DNA from: Leptogorgia sarmentosa
Lineage: Eukaryota
Reading direction: 5' to 3'
Length of the DNA stretch: 64,000 nt
NCBI GenBank assembly: GCA_964658305.1
Contig: OZ210885.1
Location: forward strand, 3,906,001 to 3,970,000
Made by a program: the position numbers and the translations under genes. The notes under the pieces are model-generated. The model saw only the letters and a program-made list of their open reading frames with translations, had not been told where the DNA came from and did no database searches. Each line of letters starts with the position of its first letter. Positions within the stretch are counted from its first letter, which is position 1. This document shows positions 53,985 through 64,000 of this stretch, one piece after another.

Positions 53985-56900
53985 ATGGCGTCCATTGACA
54001 CTGAAGGGGAAGACTTTAAAAGTGCAACAGATGTTATCTGCCACTTTTTTCAAGTGAAAAGTCTTCACAAAGAACAAATACAATGTATAGAAGCTTTCTT
54101 TCGAGGAAAGGATGTGTATTTTAGTGCAGGAACGGGATACGGGAAATCGCTTGTATACCAAGCAATACCGCTTTTCCATGATGTATTGATTGATCAAGCC
54201 ATTGGCACAAGCATTGGCATCATTATTTGTCCGTTAACCTCACTGATGCTTGATCAAGTTGCTCATTTACAATCTCTTGGTATTAACGCCGTAGCTGTGT
54301 ATGCTGATCAAGATCCGAAGGTATTAGAAGAGGTTGAAGAAGGGATCTATTCTCATGTGTATATATCGCCAGAGTCCATGTTGTCTCATCAACGTTGGCG
54401 AAAAATGTTAGAATCACCAACCTTCCAGGAAGGTTGTGCAGCAGTGGAAGATCTTAAGAAACAAAGTCAAAGCTGAGATCAATAAAAGAAAGGTGAACTT
54501 TTACACTGAAAAATCTAAGAATCTTCCCAAAAATAATTGTAAAAGATGGTGGGATATCGTCAACAAACTATCTGGTCGAAATAAAAAGTCATTGAAGAAT
54601 ATCCAACTGAAACGTGATGGGAAGATTTTGTCTGATGGTGAATTGGTTTCTACTCTCAACACCTTTTTTACTTCAGTGAATGCTGACATACCTCCGCTGG
54701 CCACCTCTTCCCTCCCTGCATATTTGCCTCCACCTGATGTCCCACCTGCCATTTTCCCACACCAATTATGCCAAAAACTCTTAAGTCTGAACACTAGTAA
54801 GGCGTGCGGTCCGGACCGAATTCCAGCTCGAATTCTCAAGGAATTTGCCTTTGAGCTTGCCTAGCCCCTTGCATCAATTTTTAACAAATCCTTGATATCA
54901 GGAACTGTTCCATCAATCTGGAAGGACTCCTATTTAACACCAGTTCCAAAGATCCCAGTACCTGAATGTGAAGATGATATTAGACCTATATCCCTAACCG
55001 CTATCCTTTCAAAAATCCTTGAGGACTTTGTTGTTTCCTGGATGTTGGAGGACATTGGTGATGACATTGATCCTCGCCAATTTGGCAGTCTCAAAGGCAG
55101 TTCAGCAACTTATTGTTTGTTGGACCTAATCCACAACTGGCTAAAAAACTTAGAAAACCCTGGATGTTATCTGAGAGCCTGCTTCCTTGACTTTCGTAAA
55201 GCGTTTGATAGGATCAATCACAATTTTGTTGTCGAAAAGCTCATCAGTATGAATGTGAGGTGGTCTATCATTCCATGGATTTGTAGTTTTTTAACATGTC
55301 GCCGACAAGCTGTGAAGATTGGTTCTACTATCTCACAATGGCTCCCTGTTTCTGCTGGAGTCCCTCAGGGAACAAAGTTAGGCCCAATCCTTTTTATAAT
55401 CATGATAAATGACCTATCACTGTCTTCGCCTAGGACTTCAGACTGGAAATATGTTGATGATGTAACCTTTTCTGAAGCGGTTCAGGATAATAATAGTTCT
55501 GAAAGCCAGCTCGTCCTTGACAAAATAAATTCATGGTCTACCGCCAACGATATGAAATTAAACCCCAGTAAATGCAAGGAGATGATTATTTCCTTTTCAA
55601 GTGCGCATGAACTCCCACCAGCCCTAAGCATCGGCGAAACCTTACTCGAACGCGTTGATTGTCATAAAGTTCTTGGTTTACCCCTTCAATCTAATTTAAA
55701 ATGGAACATCTTCATCGAAAATGTTACATCGAAAGCCTCAAAGCGGCTCCACATCTTGCGTGTTCTCAAGCGTAATGGCGTTCCCAATACCGAACTTTTA
55801 ACAGTGTATAAAGCGCTGGTGCAGTCTGTATTGGAGTTTTGTGCCCCGGTGTGGCACACCTCGATTCCAGCGTTTTTGTTGGACGAGATCGAAAGGGTCC
55901 GGAGGCGTGCTCTCCGAATCCTTTACCCAGAAAACCATTATGATGAAGCTTTGGCATTGTCTGGATGTTCCCTTTTGAGCGAACGCCGTCTTCTGCTTTG
56001 CAAAAAGTCTTTCAAAAAGATATGCCAGCCAACATCACGTTTGAACAAACTTGTTCCAGAAAGAAGAGCAAATCTACATGGTTACGAACTACGTAATAAT
56101 GAATCACTTACTGTGCCAAGATGTAGAACTGAACGATTTAAACGTAGTTTTATCCCTACGATGTGTTTTACTAATAACCTATAATGATTTTTATTCTCTT
56201 TCTTAACGTTCTCATCCTCATGTTAATAACATTTTTACAAACCATTATGTAAATATTAGAGTAGCTCCTTTTCCTAACCTTGTTGTAAGAATGTCGCAAT
56301 TCGCCCTTTTTGGCACCTAAGATATTTTAATAAAATGATATATGATATGAGCACTGTGTAGTCGTAGCTGTGGATGAAGCGCATTGTATCAGCCACTGGT
56401 CAGTTTAACTTAATTTCAGTAAATATTATTTTATGTTGTGTCTAGATTTTAAGTTTTTGTATTACAATTTATAATTTGTATTAGAATTTAATATCTCAAT
56501 TTTCCTCTGTTTGTTCACATACATAGGGGTTTACCTGGGGCAAAATCAGTACCATTCAGACATTGGTATGGCAACTTTGGGGAACTGCGATCCTTACTAG
56601 AAAGCGTATCATTTGTTGTCTGTACAGCAACAGCTACCTCCACAACCAAAAGACATATTTTTGATGTGCTATGCCTCAGCCATGATACCTTTGTTGTTGA
56701 AATGAGCCCTGAGCGTGGAAACCTCAAATACTGCATCCAGTATGTTGATAACAGCTTGGACTTAAGTGTCATTTTTAGTCAAATTATCAACGAGGTAAAA
56801 GACGAGAAGGAATCGACTTGTCGGACTATTGTATATTGTCAGACCAGAAAACAATGTGCAATCTTATGGCGTGTCTTCAAATTACAACTGGGAGGATACT

Positions 56901-57592
56901 TTTATGCATATGGCATAGAATCACCAAGTAATTATTTGGTACAAATGTTCCATGCTGGTACCCCTAATTCAACAAAGAGTCTGATCCTTGAAAATATTTT
57001 ACAACACGATGGTCATATCAGGATCCTAATATGCACTGTGGCATTTGGAATGGGGGTGAACTGTAAGGGAGTTTATCGTGTGATTCATTTTGGGCCTTCC
57101 TTAAATATTGAATCATATGTGCAGGAATGTGGAAGAGCTGGTCGTGACGGGAAAGACAGCATTTGTATTTTGCTCCACAATGGATTCTTGTCTAGTAACT
57201 GTTCTTCTGACATGTGTGAGTACATTGCTGGAGACAAATGTCGAAGGCAACAACTGTTGAAGCAATTTCCCAGTTCGAGTAAATTAAATAAAAGTGGATG
57301 CAAATGTTGTGATACTTGTGCAAGTGGGTGTAAGTGCAGTGGAATTGTTGGTGATTGTGCATTGAAATTTCCCCTCACAATTGATGAAGAATGTAGTCAA
57401 CACACTTTTACCAAGTCAACAGTGGTTACTGGACAACAAAAAGAACTACTCAAATCAAAATTGTTGGAATATGTGCAATATAAACAATTGAAGTGTGCAT
57501 GCATTATTTACAGGAAAATCAACAATGTAATTCAGGTAAAATGTTATTTGCTTTTCACCAAGATTAACGTGCCGTCTTATGCAGATAAATAG
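53985..57592 (+). pseudogene. RecQ-like helicase of element 2, interrupted by a LINE
   Basis: AGTGYGKSL..ISPE..TFQE| LINE |HCVVVAVDEAHCISHW; intron 56399-56526; CTATAT, FGMGVN, QECGRAGRDG, CRR..CCDTC. Confidence 0.88.
54431..56350 (+). mobile_element. 5'-truncated non-LTR retrotransposon (CR1/L2-group-like)
   Basis: RT motifs KACGPD, RPISLT, QFG, FLDFRKAFD, GVPQGTKLGP, YVDD; in-frame TAG at 54862-54864; 3' AATAAA followed by short ATGAT repeat tail. Confidence 0.92.
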
Positions 57593-58567
57593 AACTTCTG
57601 TGTTCATTTATCCATTTGAACATGGAATGCAGATCAAAATTTGTCAATACACTTGGCCCACAGTTGTGGAACTTCATAAGCTTGCGTTGTGTATTCTGTG
57701 TAAAGGCATCAGATTTCATAAGTTCCTTGACAATCTTGTTAAAATCATTTGATGCTACTGTTTTAACATGTTTTCCAGATCGTCGTAAAACTTTACAGGT
57801 ATAGTCAAAATTGTCCATTAATTGCTTGTTTGTTGGAATTGCCTTGCAAAATCTATTTACTGCTTTTTCATTGGAAGCATTTGGTCCCATTTTTTTAATT
57901 ACTTCTTTGAGCACCCGATTATAATGCTCCAGTGCCAGGTCAAGCGGAATGTTAGCTGCAGCACCATACTTTGCCTTCACCGACCGATTCCATACCAATC
58001 GATGAGCATCTCTTGGGGAAAGTATAGCGTAAATTTGACACAGCAAATTTAGGCCTTCTAGTGCATACTTTCGGCTGCGTGCACCGTCTTTTTTCATTAT
58101 CATTAGGAAATATTTCCAACAACGGACTAAGCGTCCCCCATCACCTTCAGATACAGCGTCACAGAAGTTTTTGTACAACATTTCATACTCAAGTAGTGCC
58201 AGTTGGTAATTGTACATGTCGTCAGAGCATTGAGTTGGAGTGGGATCAGCTTTGTTTGATATTAATCCATGGGTTTTCTCATGTGCCTCCCTGCGCTTGC
58301 CGTCATGCGCGAAGGATTTCTTGCAGCCAGGAAATCTACATGGAAATTTACCATCAGGTAGAATGCCAACATCAGCTTGCTTCTCTTTTTCGGCACCAGC
58401 AATAATTCTGTCCATCTGCTCTTGGTGCAAAACATACTTGTCGACCACATCTAAAGACAGACTATTTAGGAATGTTTTCTTCGCAACTGTAGATGAGTCC
58501 ATCAAAGACAAAGGCATTGATACTTCATCTGGTTCTCCATCTATAGAATCAAGACCAAGGACTTTGA

Positions 58568-59779
58568 CAACCTCGTACCCAGGGTCTTATGATCTTCACT
58601 CCCGCTGCTCTCCCGCTACGACAAAGACCCTGGTACAGGCTGGTCACGTGACACCCTAATTAGTTTCATCCCGTGGGGGGGGGGGGATGTGCAACGTGAA
58701 TTTTTGTTTGCCCATTTCAAGCGTGGACTGTGGCCGCCATTTGTGATGTGCGTGCCGTGAATATTTGATCAAAGCTTTCCCAGATGCGAAAAGGTTGTGA
58801 ATGCCAGGTTTTTTACACTTGTTTGCACTTCGCAATCATCAACAGCTTATATTACGATCTAGTGTTGATGTAGTGTTGTTTGATTATAGTGTTGTGTTGT
58901 ATATTGAGTCCCCGTAGCTTTTGCCATTAGGGAGTTTAAGATCCTGACGACGGACTACCGACTACGTTTGGAATATTTTTGTTCATCTGTTTATATCCCT
59001 GAGCTGGATTTACATATATTCAGACAAATTCATTCCAAATGATCAGTATTTTGTGTTGTGTAGGTTTTAACTTTGAATTCTATCAGTTGTATATGGAAAT
59101 ATTTTCTACCACGTACGCGCTGCGTAACCAGTTCTGTCGTTACGTTTCACCGTGCTTTTATACAACACAATAATATGATTTTCATGTCGTAGTCAAGACA
59201 CTACGGTGAAAAGTATACTCCAGGGATATGTAAATAATTTGTCTCATTGTTAAAGACTTAAAGACAGGTTACAGTCGCTTCTGCGCATCGGTTCTGCTCA
59301 TAACAAATGTGGACCACATTGTCCAAATTTCGCATTTTTTGAAACTTTTTTGAATCGAAACGCTGGTTTATATTGTTTTAGGAGCATAGCAAACACGAAA
59401 AGTGTCAAATATTCAGTAGTTTAATCAAATTTTACAAATATAGCAACTCAAAATGAAAACAAAGCGTTTGTTTACATTAGTCTGTAACCCCCTTAGCAAT
59501 ATACGAAAACAAGCATTCATCCGTAGTCCGTAGCAGTAGTCCGTTGTGAAGATCTTAAATTCCCTATTGTCCATGTGAACAGGTCACAGGGCAAAGGCGA
59601 GCCGCGAATGCAAGTGTTTGGCTTTATTTACATGACTTGCGAAATGCGATAGACTTACCCACCCCTCCCTCAGTATTCAATTCAAAACACCCCAGATTCT
59701 GGGGTGTCACGTGACCAGCCTGAACCAGGGTCTTTGTCGTAGCGGGAGAGGAGATCATAAGACCCTGGGTACGAGGTTG
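58568..59779. mobile_element. Non-autonomous AcademH element inserted in the element-2 transposase
   Basis: TIRs CAACCTCGTACCCAGGGTCTTATGATCT..; exact 9-bp TSD GGACTTTGA (58559-58567, 59780-59788); removal restores ATLKV|LGLDSID. Confidence 0.93.
58930..59564. mobile_element. TA-flanked MITE nested in 58568-59779
   Basis: TA|GGGAGTTTAAGATC ... GATCTTAAATTCCC|TA. Confidence 0.7.
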
Positions 59780-62700
59780 GGACTTTGAGAGTTGCTGCCA
59801 CAACTCTTGTCTCAACTTCCATCAGGAAAAACTCTTGACACGCACTGAACTTTTTCTTTACATCCTCCACAACATTTCTTCTATTCACAAGGTTCCGGTC
59901 TGCAAACATTGTGCATTTATCATTTGGAGCACCAGAGTTATAGAAGTGATCAAATGCTACCTATAAAGAATGAGAAATTAGTAAGAACAATGTATTTAGG
60001 CATATATAATTATTCCATAGTTTGCAGAGAAATGCAACGATGAAGACTGGAGATTGCAGCATAACAAACAGGATGTAAACAAAGCTCCACCCTCAACAAT
60101 ATTTTCCCTTGTCCAGGCAAGCAACTGAAACACTCCATACCTGTAGGAATTTCATTTTTGTGTGAAAATCGGCCACTTCCAAATGAATCCCATCCATTCT
60201 CTCCTTAGCAGTCAATCCATTTGCAACCTGCAGTAGATAATTCACCCCTCGTTCAACAGACAGTTGATCTGCAACCACACCTTGACCTGCATAAACTCTG
60301 TCTTCCTCCTCTCCATAACAAGGCACATATTGTTGTATCTCACTGAGTACATTGGCAATGCCTTCATTGGTATTTTCATCAGAAAAAAGCATTCCAAGAA
60401 ACACCTAGGAAAAAATAAGTGTAATATATTGAAAAAATGAAACTATATATTCAGCAAAAAGTTTCAACAAAGAAATCTTCAGAAATGCAAAAAAGGGGGA
60501 TCTAGATAGATAGATTCCTCAACATTGTATTGCTGCCACAGTATGTTTCATAACATTTTTACAGTTTATAAAATCCATCAATCATTATGAATCTAAACTT
60601 ACTGTCTCAGTGGGTTGCATCATTTCCCTTGAATATGGGTGTTGGATATTCCTTGAAGCACATGTTTTCAAGAAATGTAGGCATGCAATCTTCTCCACAA
60701 TTATTCTACCGACAAGGCTAGCATAATCCTCTCTTTGAAGTTGTTGTTTAACATGATTAGGAATGAATTTACCATTATCCAGGTTGAGCAACCTTTATAT
60801 AGGGGGTTGTTCTGTTGACAAATGATTTCCTGCAACTCTGTTCTCTGTGCACATATGACTCACCCAGTGTTTGTCAATATTTTGGTGGGTCTCACTCATA
60901 TGGTGTACCTTAAGATTAAGATTATCAATTACATGTTGCAAAGTTAGCTGTATGATTATTAATCCTAGACTATTCTTTTCCACTTCTCATTTTAATTTCC
61001 CCTCTCCTGAGCTGCTATCACATGCCACTATTACACAAGTGCATGGGCAATGATAGACTTCAACCCAGTGGAAAAGCCAGCCTCCTGACAATCTGGTCAG
61101 ACATGCAAATATTTTTGCATTCAAAGAATGTAAAAACAATCAATTTCAAAAGAAATGACTAATGATCATAATGATTTGGTATAGACTATGTACCTGTTGT
61201 TTGAAGTCAAAATTGTCAAAGACAATTTTTCTTCCTGTGTCAGCTGCATCACAAACATCAGAATTTACTTCTGCTTTTTCTAGAGCTTGAAGCCTTCTTC
61301 CTTCGCATATCACCTTATCTAGTATCTTTTTGTTGTGATTTTTTCCATACTCATCGAGCTTTTTGTAGAGGAATGTGTGGGATACAACAAGTCGATAAAC
61401 TCCAAGTCTGCATAACATGGACTACGAAAATCATATATTTACATATGGTTACATTCATCATCATGTAATAATCAGATACTTGAAACAAATGAAGGGAGGG
61501 CTTAATAACTTTTATTTGAGAATAGGGGTCAATACAGAGTTTGCAGTTAATACTCATATGAACTTACCATCAATCCAGAGTGCTGAATGAATATAGTATT
61601 CAACAGTTGCATGGCTGTCATATAGGCAGATCTATTTTTCAAGCAAATTGCTGAAGCCATGCAAACAGCTGGCATCCAAAAGGGATCTGAATTCTTCTTT
61701 TTGTTCTTCCGTACAGATGCCGCCAATAATACACTTCTGAAGAGAGGCATTCTTGCTTTCAGCTCTTCTTCGTATGCTGTGAGAGAAAACTTCAAAATAT
61801 CCTCCTTCGTAACAGACTGGGCCTTCTCAAAGAACACATACCAGTACATTCGTTATCAATCTCCTTTAGGAATAGTAATACTAATTCTCAACTTTTCATT
61901 TCGCCAAGCTGCTCTTGCAATCTGTGTATAAGTCCCACGACAAAGCATCTTGCCCAGTGAGCACAAATCTGCTGGTAAAATTCGGCGTTTGGTCCCGCTT
62001 TCCCATCGTACTTCCACTGTCACGTTAGTCGCTGGTACAGCAGGTGCATTTCCTGGTGGTATTGGTAATGGTTGGGCAACAGGCATAGCAGGTACATCTG
62101 CTGATGGTAATGGTTGGGAAACAGGAGTCGAGCTTGCTAAAGATTGTGCAGGAGCCACAGCAATTGGAATTAGACTGATCGGAAAAGTGAAAGTGGAACT
62201 TGGTATAGACTTCGCTGTCCTCGCGCAAGCTGGAGTCAAATTATCATTTGGAGTGAAATGAGACGGGCCCAAAGTATTACAGCTCAAATCCTCATTAAAG
62301 CGTAAAGACCGTTTTGCTGACTCTTTCATCTTCACTGCAAATCCTTTTATCCGAGCTTTTTCTTGATATCCAACTAACAATTTATTACCTGCCTCCTCCA
62401 GCTTCTTTTTAAGGTTACTTTGCTGCTTTATTAAATTCAGACATGAACGACAAATATGCCACGAAAGCGGTTGAACAACAAACGAAAGGTTTCCTATTTC
62501 GAATCCAGCGTCTATTTCTCGTTTCCCATGCACTAGATTTACATCTCCTTTCTTTTGAATAATCACCTGACAGACAATGCACTCGAGCGCAGCCATGAGC
62601 CAATTCATGGGCACATTTACGATATATGATACGATAATTATGATAATTTATGCTATAATTTTGGGGGAAATCCACGTGACCAGAACAAGCATTCGGCCGC

Positions 62701-62794
62701 CGATTCGCAGTCTCTACGTAAACATTTTCTTTAATTTGATCCGATAATTTGATCCCGTAGTTTCCCCTCCCCCGTTGAGACTGCGCGCAGGCTA

Positions 62795-62826
62795 GCATGG
62801 TGCGGATACGTATCTGGAAAGCATGC
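62795..62826. repeat. Satellite segment 3 (remnant right of element 2)
   Basis: GCATGGTGCGGATACGTATCTGGAAAGCATGC. Confidence 0.85.
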
Positions 62827-62829
62827 AAC

Positions 62830-63550
62830 GTTTGACCACGGTGTTGCACGAATGCGCTTCAACAGGACTGGTCGAACGAGCGGAATTATGCTTTTCTTCC
62901 CTTTTGCCTGATAATGCGAAGTTGAGGGCACTAGGGGGAGAGTTGGTGATAGTGACCCGGGTGTGGCCCACACAGGCCTGGTGTCGCAGTTTACTGGACC
63001 TGTCTGCGTCTCTGCCAGTCCTTCTACCTTCGAGCCAGAATCTCTTGCTCGGTCCTCTGGGGCAGTCACATCCCCTGATTGTGAACCAAACACTGTTCCT
63101 CGCCACGTGGTACGTATCAAGCAGTCCTTGCGGTCGGAAGGTATTTGTGCAGACGCTTCCAGGCTCATCTTGGCAGCTTGGCGGCCAGGCACAAATGCAG
63201 TTTATAACTCCACCTGGGAGAAATGGCATGGCTGGTGTCTTGCAAGGAAAAGTGATTCATTTCACCCCGCTTTGGCAGATATAACCCATTTCCTCTCAGA
63301 TTGTTTTAACGAAAGTTTAGAGTATAGAACCTTGAATACGTATCGCTCTGCGCTATCGGGAGTTCTCCCACCCATTGATGGCTTTCCCGTCGGGCAACAT
63401 CCCTTGATCGTTTGTTTGCTAAAGGGTGTCCAGAATCTTCGACCCGCTTTGCCTCGCTATCACTATTCTTGGGATGTGGACATAGCACTGAATTACCTGT
63501 GTTCACTTCCTGGCAATGAAGAGTTGTTGCTTAAATGTCTTACACTCGAA
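62830..63550 (+). mobile_element. DIRS-like tyrosine-recombinase retrotransposon fragment
   Basis: Overlapping frames: pol C-terminus (VIVTRVWPTQAW..LL) and recombinase N-terminal domain (AAWRPGT..Y..W..W..WC; YRTLNTYRSALS; VGQHPL..LLKG..RP..PRY..WDV). Catalytic domain absent. Confidence 0.8.
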
Positions 63551-64000
63551 GTGGACCCGGGACCACTTCGGAGATCGAACCTCCAGAAAGTATGAAACAA
63601 ATATGGCTAGTGAACCTCAAGTTGACTGCATAATAAATTGTGTAGCCAATTTTTACAAAGAAGGGAAAGGACGAGAAATCTTTCACAAGAGAAATAAATT
63701 GCGTGACCAGTTGGGCAACGTACTATCACACAAGTAGACAATCACGGTATCCAAAGTCGGAGGGAGCTTTGCTGTTGTCGCAGGTTCCTGTTATGAAACC
63801 TTTACTTGTTGTTAAAATATGCCAAGCTGACAATGATGCGCTGAGAGACTGGGCATCTTCCTATGGTGCTGCCGTTCGACAACGGACTGTGCGCCAAGAG
63901 ACCACCACGGCACGGTACCCTCCCAAAATTTATGTACCAAAGGCAATGTGAAATCTCTGAGAAGTCGGTATCCATAATGACCATAGCCTGTGATAAGCAT

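Larger units (their letters stand above)
57564..62614 (-). pseudogene. Academ-type transposase of element 2 (spliced, disabled)
   Basis: N-terminal CxxC..CxxC; IVFDNFD, VVADQLSVER, VADFHTKM; C2H2 finger CRFPGC..H..H; NIPLDLALEHYN. Frameshifts near 61820-61885, TAA at 60795-60797, MITE at 58568-59779. Confidence 0.85.
53765..62794. mobile_element. AcademH-type DNA transposon, element 2 (genes inactivated)
   Basis: 136-bp TIRs TAGCCTGCGCGCAGTCTC... with 1 mismatch (53765-53900, 62659-62794); flanks GCAAGGTG / GCATGGTG (8 bp, 1 mismatch); convergent RecQ and transposase remnants. Confidence 0.88.

Noticed and set aside
43028..57592. Prokaryotic defence island or helicase-RT operon reading (ankyrin + RecQ + RT)
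   Set aside because: Genes have spliceosomal introns and lie within TIR/TSD-bounded transposons; the RT is a truncated LINE insertion with a stop
5012..64000. Functional link between SETDB1 (a transposon silencer) and the adjacent transposon cluster
   Set aside because: Only proximity; nothing in the sequence supports co-regulation

Overview
Eukaryotic genomic DNA: AT-rich, spliceosomal introns, and a repeat repertoire that suggests a cnidarian such as a coral (inference). The first 28 kb holds a multi-exon SETDB1/eggless H3K9 methyltransferase gene (Tudor, MBD, pre-SET, split SET, post-SET) whose introns are full of MITEs, a Kolobok derivative and micro/minisatellites. An intronless L-amino-acid-oxidase-like gene (32407-34017, minus) follows, directly downstream of a ~1.84 kb near-perfect foldback palindrome. 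From ~39 kb a palindrome-rich satellite is interrupted by two ~9-10 kb helicase-encoding DNA transposons of AcademH type. Element 1 (42824-53097) has 64-bp perfect TIRs and a 9-bp TSD, and looks intact. Its 8-exon, ~1259-aa transposase carries ankyrin repeats inside the catalytic core and a putative U12 minor intron. Its convergent 3-exon RecQ helicase looks cellular-type and has an extra C2H2-like N-terminus. Element 2 (53765-62794) has 136-bp TIRs but dead genes, disrupted by a LINE, a nested AcademH MITE, frameshifts and a stop. A DIRS-like fragment ends the window. All gene models were spliced by eye; no database searches were run.
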